A stretch of 64,000 nucleotides of DNA from Phoronis australis. Its lineage: Eukaryota > Animalia > Phoronida. The notes under the pieces are model-generated. The model was not told where the DNA came from. It ran no database searches and was given only the letters and a program-made list of their open reading frames with translations. Numbering within the stretch: the first letter of the stretch is position 1; each line of letters starts with the position of its first letter. Both the position numbers and the translations under genes were made by a program. Below are positions 13,111 to 25,885 of this stretch, one piece after another. The DNA is taken from positions 155,030 to 219,029 of the forward strand of contig NMRA01000574.1 of the NCBI GenBank assembly GCA_002633005.1, in the 5' to 3' direction.

Positions 13111-13984
13111 TATAAAACATGTTATTATTTCAACTGGCAATTATTTTTTCAAGTGGCATTCCACATTTTGAGTTTTTCATTAAATTGTGATTCAACGTTA
13201 GTCAAAATGCTTATGCAAAACTAGTTGAAACTGGTCAAACTAACTAATACTAAGTGATTGAAAGCTTTTTTTTGCTTCGAACTAACATAAGTTAGTCAGA
13301 ATACTCCAATGTGTTGTTTGACTAACGTCAAAATATTGTAGTCGATGGCATGACTGTACAGTTGAGAATTCTGACTAATGTTCCCCATGGATAGCGTTAG
13401 TCAGAATTCTCCACTGTACAGTCATGCCATCGACTAACGTTCCCCATGGATAGCGTTAGTCGGTGGCATGAATGTACAGTGGTGAATTCTGACTAACGTT
13501 CCCCATGGATAGCGTTAGTCAGAATTCTCCACTGTACAGTCATGCCATCGACTAACGTTCCCCATGGATAGCGTTAGTCGATGGCATAAATGTGCAGTGA
13601 TGAATCCTGACTAACGTTCCCCATGGATAGCGTTAGTCGATGGCATAAATGTGCAGTGATGAATCCTGACTAACGTTCCCCATGGATAGCGTTAGTCGAT
13701 GGTGTTCATCTACAAAGGAGAATTACAACTAACATTTTCCTTGGCACAAAACCACATTATAGAATTTTGACGTTAGTCAAACAACACATTGGAGTATTCA
13801 GACTAACTGACGTTAGTTCGAAGCAAAAAAAGCTTTCAATCACTGAGTATTAGTTAGTCTGACCAGTTTCAGCTAGTTTTGCATAAGCATTTTGACTAAC
13901 GTTGAATCATGATTTAATGAAAAACTCAAAATGTGGAATGCCACTTTAAAAAATAATTGCCAGTTGAAATAATAACATGTTATA
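13111..13984. mobile_element. Foldback/palindromic element with ~230-bp TIRs and an internal ~59-bp hairpin repeat array
   Basis: Arms 13111-13340 and 13760-13984 are reverse complements; internal gactaacg-ttccccatggatag-cgttagtc units. Confidence 0.85.
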
Positions 13985-14181
13985 AGTGATTGTTCTTCAA
14001 AGTTACCGGAGAGTTCCAGACTTGAGTCCAAGTGAAAACGGATCAATCTTCGAAGAAAGTCAGAGTTAGAGATTTAGTTTAAGAGATGTGACAAACCTAT
14101 GGTGGTAGACTAACAAACCCCATCGTTTGATGACCTGAAGACACGTCAAATGCTTTTAAGACGAATGAAAACTTTACCCAC

Positions 14182-14281
14182 CTTAACTTCACCTTCCCGT
14201 GGTAACGCAACTCCCCTCTGCTTTGTTGGATCATCAAACTCGGATGAGATGAGATGACGATCTGTACATTTCATCTTGTTG
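14182..14281 (-). CDS. TDRD12: TDRD12 exon, CCCH finger second half (KCTDRH...PREGEVK)
   Basis: Completes C-x8-C-x5-C-x3-H. Confidence 0.85.
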
Positions 14282-14498
14282 CTGCAAAATTTGAAAATGT
14301 GGTTTGAATAAAATAAGCTAATGAAAATCCAAAATGCCATTGACCTTATGGATAGTGTATCGAGATTCATGCGCATTCCAGAGTGGAGATTTATGAGATA
14401 TTTCTTTTTTTTTTGTCACTGTACTGTTATTTTACCTACTACAACGGAATGATTTTCCACACTTCATTGAAAATATGACGTCTTATTCTATCCACAGA

Positions 14499-14570
14499 GA
14501 GGTCCATAATGGCTGGTCACAGTGAGGTCCATAATGTCTGGTCACAGTGAGGTCCATAATGGCTGGTCAC
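14499..14570. repeat. 25-bp tandem repeat x3
   Basis: gaggtccataatggctggtcacagt repeated. Confidence 0.85.
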
Positions 14571-15054
14571 GAGATTGATGAGTCTTATAGCCAAAACTGA
14601 GCAACAATCTCCTCATGAGCTGGACGACAAGAGTGATAAGTCGCCATTGATTTTAGAAAGCTTTGCAAATAATAATTGATGATGAATAATTGTTTGTTCC
14701 GGGGATTATTCTAGCTATGATGGATTATTCACTCTCACTTCTTGCTTCTTTACAGCAATTGAAGAGGTACACATTTCACCTAGACCTAGACAAAGTTGAA
14801 CAAAAATCTGATGCATCAAAGGACATTGTACAAACAGAATAAGAAACAAGGATTGTATTCCGTAAGCCTACACAGTACAAGTTCAACAGCAGCTATGCTC
14901 TTTCACTAAGCATTTGTGGCTCCTACAGTACAAAGTGATTAAAGAATACTAACTTACAGACACTGCCTGGCAGCTCTTACTGTACAATGTGATAACAGAA
15001 TACTTACAGACACTGCCTTGCAGCCCCTACTCTACAAAGTGATAGAATACTTAC

Positions 15055-15116
15055 AGACACTGCCCAAACGCCTTCATAGTCAGACAGAGAGAGCCACACC
15101 TGCTTTCTTCTTTACC
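15055..15116 (-). CDS. TDRD12: TDRD12 exon, CCCH finger first half (LCLTMKAFGQC)
   Basis: ttcag/gtaagt sites. Confidence 0.85.
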
Positions 15117-15698
15117 CTGAATGAAAATACAAAATATTTGCACGTGTACAGATGTTTAACACTTGAACATCAACTAATCAGATGGGATGGACAAACCTCT
15201 CCTGGCCAACAGAGCCACAGTGGACAACTCCGTTTACACACTGACTTTAAGAGCTGATCAAGCTATAATCAGCATACACAGTGGTAGCATAGTGTCTGTC
15301 TATTAAAAGTGCATTTTTGGGTTCGGAAACATTGATCTTTATTTAGCTAAAAACGTGAAAAGTAATATGAAACCAAGCAGAAGTAGTATGGAACTCAGTC
15401 GACATTTACCAAAGTTATTTAGGCTGGTTTTGCAGGAATCTGTCTCTGCCGCAGACCCATATTTGTAACTGGGCAAAGCCTGGATAGACTAAACCAGGGC
15501 TTAGAATGACCATTGACAAAATAAGAGGAAAAATCAACAACAAGTAATGACTTGCAATGGTTTCATATTACGTCATTACAACAACGACAAACCAATAAGT
15601 TTGTGAAAGAGAAAGTGTCATCAAAAAACATTAAATTGATGAATTTAATAAATTTGTATATCTTGAACGGGCGTGGAAATACAGATCACAAATATTTT

Positions 15699-15874
15699 TA
15701 AGTCTGGTCTGCACGCCACCTGTTGGCCACATCGTGCGACCCAATGAACGTAAGTCTGGTCTCCATGGTTAGCAAAGTCATGGGTATGAGTTCCGGTCAG
15801 AGCAGAAATGTTTTAAGACTTATGGTCATTAGTTCACGTGACGTGACCAACAGGTGGCATGCAGACCAGACTTA
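15699..15874. mobile_element. Short TA-flanked MITE
   Basis: taagtctggtctgcacgccacctgttgg / ccaacaggtggcatgcagaccagactta TIRs. Confidence 0.75.
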
Positions 15875-16585
15875 TCTTTCTGTGTTGAGTTCAATGTTAT
15901 ACATGTACTTTGAAACTTACTCAAGGGTTTTGTGACATCTGCCGGCCACATAAGCTGGGCTCATTATACAAAACCCCTAAATGAAACTCATGAGAACCAT
16001 CTTATGTATTTATAGCCAGCAGACTTCTCCTGAGAGAGGTAGCACAAATCCATAGCCATGTAGAATACATTCATCTGCTATTGATGCTTGGCATTTGAAC
16101 CAAGTCACTGTTTACAGATAGCTCTATTGTTTTTAAACTATAGTCTGTGGAAGTGACAACATGGTTTCGAAAGTCAGTGGCCTATGAAAGGCTTAAAAGT
16201 AATTTTACTTCGTTATTTCTTATTTCACCTGTTTTTCCCTGATTGTAACACAACATTTTAATCTGCATATTTCTACACCTTCTCATTTCATGGAGTTATC
16301 CCCCTACCAGTTGGTAGTTAGGTCTCATATCTTCCTTTTTGAGTAACTGTATAATGTTTCACTTTTTGTTTTTCACTCTTGCGTTTTGTTTTATAACACA
16401 TTGTAACTTTGTAATATATATCACTATATTGAGGCTATTTTTTTCTCCAGTCTCTAACATATTTTCCTACAATGCTGGCGAAGAACGCAAAAAATATTTT
16501 AATAGTACACCTGTGCTAGAACATCGATATCCACATTAATGTTATATTTGTAACTTTGCACATTTTAATAAAGCTCACAACACAC

Positions 16586-16726
16586 CTCCAGTATCCCATT
16601 CACCATAGCCCTTAGTTGGGCTGGGACAGGCTCTTTGAGTCGGTCCAACAAATGGACCAGGGTCAAGGCCTGGTCAGCGTTTTTGCTAGTCACCATTATG
16701 TAAGACAGGCCACCTGGCTTGAAATT
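16586..16726 (-). CDS. TDRD12: TDRD12 exon (LSYIMVT...EPVPAQL)
   Basis: DEAD-box C-terminal VP-x-x-L segment; AG/GT ends. Confidence 0.85.
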
Positions 16727-17475
16727 CTGCAAGAGAGAACAATGCATTTTGGGACAGATATTCATATGATATATTCTTTTACAATTATAATACATCATTA
16801 TTTTTTTCCATTAAGAGCACCCAACTACCTCTAAAGTTAACCCTACGTCTAGGGAAAGGTAAACCCTGAAATCAAGGGGAGTGTAGCTCTAACCCTAAGA
16901 TAAAAGGGAAGAGGCCCTAACCATATGACTGGAGGTTGAATTATTTTTTCTGATATGCAATATTCAAGTCAGGTTGCAAAACAGTGCAGGAAGAAATGAA
17001 ATTTTTGAAACTTTGGGAAAATCAGTAAAGTAGACAAATTTTTGGAAAAGGGATTTAGAAAATACTAATATCAAGTGGCTATGGTTGTGGAGGTCGAAAG
17101 TAAAACATAACCAAAAATCCCTCTCAAGGTTAGAATTGCTTCTGCAAAACTTTTTGGCTACTTGAGGCATTGCCATGAGGGATGTGGAATTGGTGATGCC
17201 CGGAGGGCAGCGGAGGATTTTCACCCAAAACCAAAAAATTCCCCACTCAAGACAGCACACGTAACTTTCCGATGTGGTGAGCAAGGGCCTCGTGGTAGAA
17301 TGTATAAACAAAATCTAAAGCTTTGTTCTAGAGATAGGCCATCAACACTATTTTCCCTAATGCATGGCGGAGAATGTAAGCCTGGGTTAATTGTTAAAAT
17401 CCAAAACCAAAATGATAGCGAATAAAATTAATAAAAATGCTATCATAAGCTAATGGCAAATCAGCAAACACTAAC

Positions 17476-17621
17476 CTTGTTATCAACCTCGATGACCTTA
17501 TAGTTTTTGGCCATGCAGGCCAGTCGTTTCCCAAAGTCTGACTTGAGGTCAGGAATGTCATAGTGTATGACACAGTCAGCGTCACGGATCTGTAGTTCAC
17601 TGACACACTCATCAGTTAAGA
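17476..17621 (-). CDS. TDRD12: TDRD12 exon, motifs V-VI (LTDECVSELQIRDADCVIHYDIP...FGKRL)
   Basis: Degenerate helicase C-terminal motifs. Confidence 0.9.
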
Positions 17622-17677
17622 CTGAAATGATAAATCCTAGGTGGATGAATCCTGTAAACCTAAACATGTTTGATATG

Positions 17678-18322
17678 AATAGGTTATGTATGACCTTATA
17701 GTCAAGTCAATAGGAGGTTATGTATGACCTTATAGTCAAGTGAATAGGAGGTTATGTATGACCTTATAGTCAAGTCAATAGGTTATGTATGACCTTATAG
17801 TCAAGTCAATAGGTTATGTATGACCTTATAGTCAAGTCAACAGGAGGTTATGTATGACCTTATAGTCAAGTCAATAGGAGGTTATGTATGACCATATAGT
17901 CAAGTCAATAGGTTATGTATGACCATATAGTCAAGTCAATAGGTTATGTATGACCATATAGTCAAGTCAATAGGAGGTTATGTATGACCTTACAGTCAAG
18001 TCAATAGGAATTATGTATGACCTTATAGTCAAATCAATAGGTTATGTATGACCTTATAGTCAAGTCAATAGGTTATGTATGACCTTATAGTCAAGTCAAT
18101 AGGTTATGTATGACCATATAGTCAAGTCAATAGGAGGTTATGTATGACCTTATAGTCAAGTCAATAGGAGGTTATGTATGACCATATAGTCAAGTCAATA
18201 GGAGATTATGTATGACCATATAGTCCAGTCAATAGGAGGTTATGTATGACCTTATAGTCAAGTCAATAGGAGGTATGTATGACCATATAGTCAAGTCAAT
18301 AGGAGGTTATGTATGACCTTAT
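17678..18322. repeat. Minisatellite, 31/34-bp unit, roughly 19-20 copies
   Basis: (agg)aggttatgtatgacc(t/a)tatagtcaagtcaat tandem. Confidence 0.95.
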
Positions 18323-19371
18323 TGACAAGTCTGTGCATTTAGCCAAATATCTTTAAAGCTGAAGATCTTTAATTCTGTGAAAGTATTTATCCTTTTCGCG
18401 TGATAGTATGGCCATGAAATACGGGTTGTATTGTGAGGTTTCATATGGAAGAACTACTTTTCCGTATTCAAAGCGCGTAACAAAAAATGAAATAAAAGTA
18501 CTGTTGAAAATTTTTCTTAAAACACCTTGAAATTTTGCACCTGAACAGAACACATAAATCACTAAAAGTCTTGAACTTGCCACAATATATTTGGAATTAG
18601 GAAAGCAATAAACGTTACCAATGCATGACTCCTTTTGGTCACCTATTGCATTACACAAGATGAAGTTCTCTATGGTCAAATATGAGTCAATTTTTAAATT
18701 CGTTCTCAAAACAATCAAAATACGTCAACCCCGAAGTTAAGATCTGAAAAATGCTGAAACAGTTACAGTTTTCCAAATTATCATTTCATTGTTCAAGGGA
18801 CAAACATCTACAGAAGAGCAATGAATTGAACATGTACATTCAGAAATGCCAGATACTATCAAACAAAATAAATCAATCACACAACATATTATAAGGCAGT
18901 GAGACAATTACAAGGAGGTATCGAGACATATTTGGCAAAAATGTGATGTTGTACAGAGGTCCTAGTTGATAGCACAATTGAGTTACAAAATACTAGACTG
19001 TAATAACAATGAACAACATATAACTCAACGTCTTAGACATTACTTCAAAGGGGCTACAAAGTATGCGTTTTGTCAAAGTAAATAACGCTTAATTTTGACC
19101 TCTTATGGCAAACGTCAATGTGTTCCTGTTCAAACGACAAGTGGTAACTGGGTTTGGAAAAAACTGACATTAATATTTGAGACCATGCTAGGTACATACG
19201 CTGTGACAAGTCACAGTATTACAATCTGATCTTAAGCACAATTAAACGAACTCCAAGTTCTTTCCAAGTCAAGAAATCACCTGAAGAACAATTTGAGACC
19301 AGTAGAAAGTGATCTAAATAAAAAACAAATTTTGCTATTCTTAGGGCGGCCAAACTGATAGTAAGAGTTAC

Positions 19372-19495
19372 CGAGAACTGGCTTTGATTTCTGCTGGTGA
19401 ACTGTCTCCCACTCAAAGCGCAGATCAGAAAAGTGAGTAGAAGTCATCTTCTCCGTAGCAATCCATACGTTGAAACTGCCATGGTTATGGAGTAG
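19372..19495 (-). CDS. TDRD12: TDRD12 exon (LLHNHGSF...KSKPVL)
   Basis: AG/GT ends, phase 0 to 1 fits the next exon. Confidence 0.8.
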
Positions 19496-19943
19496 CTGCA
19501 ACATAGACAGTCAATCGATTGTCAACCAAACTGGATTATATTCGACTGAGCTGGCTTACTGAGGTCCAAAAATCGGCACACAGGATTGACTTTTGTCCCC
19601 ATAATAGAAACCTAATTGCCAAATTTCATGAAACACCATCAAGGATTAAGACATAGAGGCAAACATTAAAAATTAAAATTGCCACCTGGGGGGGGGGGGG
19701 GNNNNGGCACAACAGTAGTCAGATCCATCCAAAAGTCATTGCTAGTTGTTGCCACATTCAAAGGAAAACAGCTGTTTAATTTCACAATGATTCAGCAAAC
19801 GGTTTAAGAATGCAGCCATGGATGCAAAAAAATCACCAGTAGTCACACATACAAACATGAGGGTGCGCTACAAAATTCTAAACGACACAAGAAACAGCGG
19901 TGATATCATACTTTGCTTAACATAATACATGCCGTCAACTTAC

Positions 19944-20066
19944 ATGGTAGACATCCTCAGCATGGTGTGGTGAGGTGAACACGAGGACACAACAACCCTG
20001 AAGCTGGTCCACGAGGCTGATCAGTTTGAGGCTCTGTTCCTGTGCCGTTCTACACATCACTATGTT
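19944..20066 (-). CDS. TDRD12: TDRD12 exon, RecA2 motif IV (CVLVFT)
   Basis: tag/gtaagt sites, 123 nt open. Confidence 0.8.
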
Positions 20067-20479
20067 CTAGAATGGAGACGTAACTAAAACTTACATACCT
20101 CATCTCCGCATTACGTTCATCATTAAGCAGATAAGATTATATCCTTGAGATGTGGACTTAAGGTCAAGAAGCTTAAAACAGGTAAAAATACACGCTGGCC
20201 AGACAGGCAGGCAGACGGGTAGACAGAAAGACTCTGTTAAAAAGTGCAACAAGTTGAGAAAACTGCACAAGAACATGACACTATAAAATAATTAAAATCT
20301 TAAGGTAACAGTTTTTGTGAGTTCTCATTGAAAACCACTTGCCTATTAAAAAGTGGCATTAATTCAATTTCAGGACAGTGATTTTTACATCATAATCCAA
20401 CTTATGTGTGACAAAAGAACGGATTTTACAAGTTATTACACAAACAATAATAGCAATACATTTGTCCATTGCCTGCTGC

Positions 20480-20550
20480 TTTAAACTCGCATGATCAATG
20501 ATGTTGAAAACAGCAGACAAGTCAAGAAACATCACACACTCATCCAATGA
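20480..20550 (-). mobile_element. Tiny LINE (CR1/L2-like) reverse transcriptase remnant
   Basis: VMFLDLSAVFNIIDH resembles RT motif LDLSAAFDTVDH. Confidence 0.5.
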
Positions 20551-20952
20551 ATGTAGGCTTACAATTTACATGATGCAACACTGCACATATTTGCAAGTAC
20601 TGCAGTATGAGTACATGCAACAAAATTAAAAGCAACAGAAAGGTGAGGAAATGGTCCAAAGGATGTAATCAAATTCAGATTAAGAATGAACTCCAAATTA
20701 CTTTGATAAAGGCAGTATCGGACTTCTTCAGTACTCAGTATCTTAAAAATAATTCTGCATAATGTCAGCGTTGGATATAGGATGTTACAGGGAAGGGGCA
20801 AAATTACTACTTTCGAAGACAAAATGATGCAAGAGACGTTCTTTGTTTTTGCTTTTGGAAGATATGGAGGAGTGAGGGAGGCCCCGGATTTCCGGCCCCC
20901 CACACACACTAATTGTTATTACAGGCAAAATTAACCAACATTTTGTTTTTAC

Positions 20953-21150
20953 CTGCTTCACTTTGCCATAGATCGCTGCTTCAAACTTGGATGCAATGAT
21001 GGTGATGGGATCTTGGAGATATCGGAAGAAGAAGGACTCCACTCCCTCCGTCCACTGTGAGCTGAACACCATGGTCTGACGAGGTGTGCTGCGGAAACGC
21101 TCAGGCTCGTCTCGCAGCACGTCCACAAATGAAGCCATGATTTCTTTGAT
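20953..21150 (-). CDS. TDRD12: TDRD12 exon, motif III region (RQTMVFSSQW...FEAAIYGKVKQ)
   Basis: Helicase motif III position; EAA-x-YG segment typical of TDRD12. Confidence 0.9.
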
Positions 21151-21396
21151 CTACCGCAAGATGGAGCAAGTTACACAAAGGTGTTGATCACGAAATCATT
21201 TTCTATTTTTCACCATTTACTCAAGACACAGAACATAAGCATACTATTCCCTCCGTCTGTGCGTATGTTTGCTTTTCATCGACAACTATTAAATGAAGGT
21301 TTGTGTATAACAAAATGAAATCTTTCTGAAATCACTGAACTCCAGCAAAACCTCCTTTGAAAAGTGGACTTGAAAGGTAAAACTCATTAGAAGTAC

Positions 21397-21543
21397 CTGT
21401 CCACGGAACTGATCAGTAAGAACATCTGCGTCATCCAACACAATATGACACAGTCTCTGTAGACTTGTGTACTGCTTCTTCAGTATACGTAACAGGCAGT
21501 GAGGGGTCGCCACCAGTATCTCACAACCATTTATTAGAGTCAC
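21397..21543 (-). CDS. TDRD12: TDRD12 exon, motifs Ib and II (ILVATP...VLDDAD)
   Basis: Helicase motifs; AG/GT ends. Confidence 0.9.
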
Positions 21544-22270
21544 CTGGTGAGAAGACATAAAACAATGGTTAAATGCAAAAGTAAACAATGTGTCGCTTAT
21601 AGGCAATCAGTTGAGCAAGCTGAGCTTAACCACACTTAGTTTAGAAAATAAACCGGTCAACATCGAAATTCGATGATGTACAAAACCGCTCTTAAACATC
21701 CATTCATTTACCACAAGGTCCCATTATAATTCTGGCTAAATCTTGACAAAAGCTCAACAGGTGTTGCTCCACGCAATTCTGTCGAAATTCTAAAAAGTTA
21801 CTAGTTAATTTGTGTTAAGTCTGGTAGAGTTTGACAAAGTTCTGCTGATGTCCGTCCAGTTTATTTTGAAAAATAATATACTTCAATGGAGGGAAAACTA
21901 ATTAAAGGAGACGTAAGCAAAGATATAAGTAGCTTAATAACAAAACCTGCCCATAAATTTTTATTCTTACAACTACAATAATTTTATTAACTTCTACTAA
22001 TTTCTCCACAGCTACGTACAGACTAGACGTATTTACAGAAGATATGATCTAGGACATGCCTCGTTCATATATCCGGTGATGCTTGGCCAAAACCAGCGAT
22101 TGAGCATCAATATCTGGTCGGCACTTTTGATGATCAAATGATTGTTCACTAATATGATCATTTTTTTTACCACTAACTCATTAGATGATCACCGAAAACT
22201 TTATGAGACCAAGGTAATATTTCTGCAGAAGTTAGAATTTTGCAGCCACATAACAGGCGGGGCTACTTAC

Positions 22271-22405
22271 AGCTTGGCTCTCTTCAGCCCCACCCCCAAA
22301 TACTACTCGAGTTCGCACATTCGGGCAATTTTTGTCGTACTTCTTGAACTCATCATAGATTGTACACGCTTTCTTCCAGCAGGGAGATATCACCAAAACG
22401 TAGGG
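22271..22405 (-). CDS. TDRD12: TDRD12 exon, motif Ia/GG (PYVLVISPCWKKA...VFGGG)
   Basis: Helicase motifs; ttag/gtaagt sites. Confidence 0.85.
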
Positions 22406-23403
22406 CTAAGAAATTAATAATTAATAAAATCACACAGTTATCAAAACACATAATATTACGATTCAATTTTCAGAATATCTAACAAGAACATGCATATTCT
22501 TTTCAAACTGCATTAACTTCCTTCGTAATTTTTCTTTACAAATAGTGGACATTAAAAACAGCGCGAAATTTTGAAATACAAAAATAGGCGATTGATAAAC
22601 TGTAAAATTTGATTAACGAGAGTCATTCAAACTCAAGACAGCTTGCGATTCACTTAATAGCTGCTTAGGATAACATGAAATAGGACAGAAAAGACCGAAC
22701 TTATTTTGTCAAGGTCCTCAACAAAAAGTAACCCTATGGAAAAAACGAAATTCCAGTTATAACTGTCATCAAATAACATGATAAAATTTTGAAAATTGAG
22801 AATATTCAACCTTCAAAAAACTAAAATTTCAACTTCAGCAATCAGTGGTTACCAAAACTGAAGAATCTTTATTGAGCAATCTCTGGGGGATAGTTTATCA
22901 GCTGGAGGACCACTAGAATAATCTGATTCCCACGATGTCTGTCTTCCATCAAACAAACTACGGTAAGAACTCTTCAGCTTGGGACAGTGAAAACTTAATT
23001 ATTTTGCTTAAGGCTGGAACTTGCACCACATTTTAAGGCAACATTGGTCGTCCAAAATTCAAGAATAAAGATAAGTGACAAATGATTGTTAATCTTGATT
23101 TTACATGTGATGGGGACAAGTGACGGGGACATGTGAAAATATTGCACCAGTGGCTATGTTTGAGGATTTTGACAACTAACAATGTATTATCAGACTCTGC
23201 TGATGCAATACACATATTTGAGAAATATTGTGAGCGCCAAAATTGCTCAAGTCCCAATCTTCAGAATCAAAACAATTAAAGTTTGGCTTGAACTTTTGTG
23301 TCCCAAATTTTAGAGACTGTCCCAAATTGGAGAATGTTTACTGTATAAAGATTCCAAACAACAGCTTATAATCCCTGCATAAGAACTCCAACAGTTTACT
23401 TAC

Positions 23404-23592
23404 CCCAGTCCCGGGTGGCATCTCTGCATAATTGGCTGGGCGGATGACCTGAGACAGAAGAGGGAGAAGATAAGCCAGAGTCTTGCCTTTGTTGGGCGGG
23501 GCTATACCCACAAGATCACTGCCTCGGAAAATACATGGCCAGGAGTAGCTTTGAATGGCAGTAGGACCAGGAAAATCAGCCTCCAGCAAAAT
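23404..23592 (-). CDS. TDRD12: TDRD12 exon, Q motif and motif I (FPGPTAIQ...GIAPPNKGKTLAYLLP)
   Basis: DEAD-box Q motif and Walker A-like GKT. Confidence 0.9.
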
Positions 23593-24359
23593 CTGAAATA
23601 AGTCAGACGTGTCAATACAATCAAGTTTGCAGTATTAAATCTTGACTCAGAAGCTACCAGTAACGTTCACTTCGTCCTTAGTGCAACGCTATAAAGTCAT
23701 GAACAAAAAAAAAACATGCCAGATCAACCCCTAAAAAACAACAGGTTAATTGAAGAAATGCTGAAACATAAATATCAGCATTTCAACACATTTCATATTC
23801 AGTTTGTCATAAATAACAAGGCTTTGAAGAATAGTTTCTTGGTTTGGTATAGGAACAATAAGTGTACATGAAATTTCTTCGAATAAATTTAACAGTGCTC
23901 AGGCAGTATAATGCTGCACTATTAAGTAAATACCAATTTCTTATATAACCAAAATCCTTCTCTTACAGTAAATAACGATTTCGCAAATTTCCACAATCCC
24001 TAAATCAATTCTCCTGCAAAAGTAGCTCAATCTATTGTCTTCACCGTCTTCAATTAATACTCAGTAAATTTCACAACTTAAAACACCTTGCTAATTCTTT
24101 TTGATTGGTCGTTGCTTCCAAATCTCCATTTTGTACTGTATAGGTCTAAGTGGTTATTGTGCCATTCCTGCTTTTGTGGTAACTCCGTACTGACTTTCTA
24201 TATATACAGTTCAGAGCTGATTATTTGAGAATTAACCTCTGAAGATGAAGGAGGATTCCCATGAAACATGTTTTGATTAAAAACAGTTGTTGTTTTTATT
24301 AAGTACTAATTCAATTTGGACCAAACACGTCCTGCATCATACGATTACGATGTGATTAC

Positions 24360-24473
24360 CTTTTTAACACTGTCTGGAAAGTGAGAGGCCTTTTCCAGAG
24401 AGGTGATGGGATTAGGCACGCCATCTCCATGGACAAGGATGCCATCGTGGTGACCCCGAACTCCAGGAATTTC
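24360..24473 (-). CDS. TDRD12: TDRD12 exon, helicase lead-in (ILVHGDGVPNPITSLE)
   Basis: Typical DEAD-box V-x-G...P-x-P segment preceding the Q motif. Confidence 0.85.
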
Positions 24474-24818
24474 CTAGAAACGAGGTGAAGTGATTAATAA
24501 TCTGGCCGGTGGAATTCGGCAACAAACCACAGCATACAACAGTTTTCTACTGAGGGGGGAAATAATGCACAAGTTCTTGATACGATCCCGTCGTGCCAGT
24601 CTGCAAGTTGATATTCCTTTTTGAGAAATTTATGCGTTGAAGCATAGTATAACAGAAAATTTTGTAAGTTGGCGACAACTAACCTAATAGAAGACGGCAT
24701 CTAATAACCAGTGCCACAAAGTTTCTGAAGTTCACATCTATAGGGAAGTGAATTCAAGAATGAATTAATCACTAGAAAGTCGAATAGTTTGAAAATACTT
24801 CAGACCAGGAGAACATAC

Positions 24819-24882
24819 CGGTTTTATCCAATTGTGAGCTGCTAATTTACTAGACAGATCTGACGTGAGCCCATGCAGCAAT
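24819..24882 (-). CDS. TDRD12: TDRD12 exon (LLHGLTSDLSSKLAAHNWIKP)
   Basis: ttcag/gtatgt sites; converts phase 2 to 0 as required. Confidence 0.7.
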
Positions 24883-25807
24883 CTGAAATATTAGAAACCC
24901 AATGGAACAAATTGACATTCTGTGACAAAATGAATTCGCATCAGTGATATCCAGTCCTATTAAATAACCATTGACCGTGATGATAAACAAATGTTGAGAA
25001 ATGCCAAAACAAAATAAACAGTGCATTTTGATAAGAAGTCTGCAAAACTCCATGAATCAGCGAAAGAACGAATGCAGTAGCCTTGCCTCAGCTAGATGAA
25101 AATCTAATTTGCTATTTATGTGCAGACGGCGTGTAGCCTCAGCCGAAGTTCCTCCCTCCTCGGTCAATTTAATCCAGAGCAGGTGAGTGTCTGCATGACA
25201 AACTTGCCGCAGAGGTAAGGCGGACGTGACAAAAAGAAAGTTCCAAACTACACGCGTCACAAGAGGAAAGGTGACTTTCGAAATAGCTGCACCAATAGAA
25301 ATTCATGAGCCCGCCAGACGACGAACAGATTTTTGGTGGACAGGCGTTCAACGCCACCTACAGATCTCATGTAATGCGGATGTGAGGTTTCAACATATCG
25401 GTCGCCGATAGGTGACGACTTTATGTATTCCCTATACTATACAATGATGCCAGCTATGACCAAGACTACTAGGTTTCAACCTTCTGGTATAAACAGCGTT
25501 TTAACACCTTTCCTTCTATTCACATGCTGGCAAATTTTGACTGCTGAGCAGTGAGATGTATTAAATAATGCCTTACGAGAAAAGGCAAGTTTTGACCAAT
25601 GGATGAAGGACACTATATTACCAATGGATGAAGGACACTATATTCCGCACGTGGCAAAGAGGAATCTGAGACAACGCCATGAAAAGGTGGAGCAAATAGT
25701 TACACCCGTACAAAACTGCATTGGTTAACATTTCTGTCCACAGGAGTGCTTGTGCCAAATCCTCGTGCCTATCTAGACACATCCTTTGGTTCAAATTTCT
25801 TTCATAC

Positions 25808-25885
25808 CTATTTCCAGGTGAGCTGTGATGTTCCTCTGAGTCTGATGATGAATACGAGACACTCTTTCGCTTATTTGTTCGCAAG
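25808..25885 (-). CDS. TDRD12: TDRD12 exon (LRTNKRKSVSYSSSDSEEHHSSPGN)
   Basis: ccag/gtatga sites, symmetric phase 2. Confidence 0.7.

Noticed and set aside
17678-18322. CRISPR-like regular repeats (also 31262-31760 and 13370-13700)
   Set aside because: Units are contiguous with no unique spacers, there are no cas genes, and the context is a eukaryotic intron; these are minisatellites.
25057-25260. Possible extra TDRD12 exon
   Set aside because: Neighbouring exons already join in phase and no convincing donor was found.
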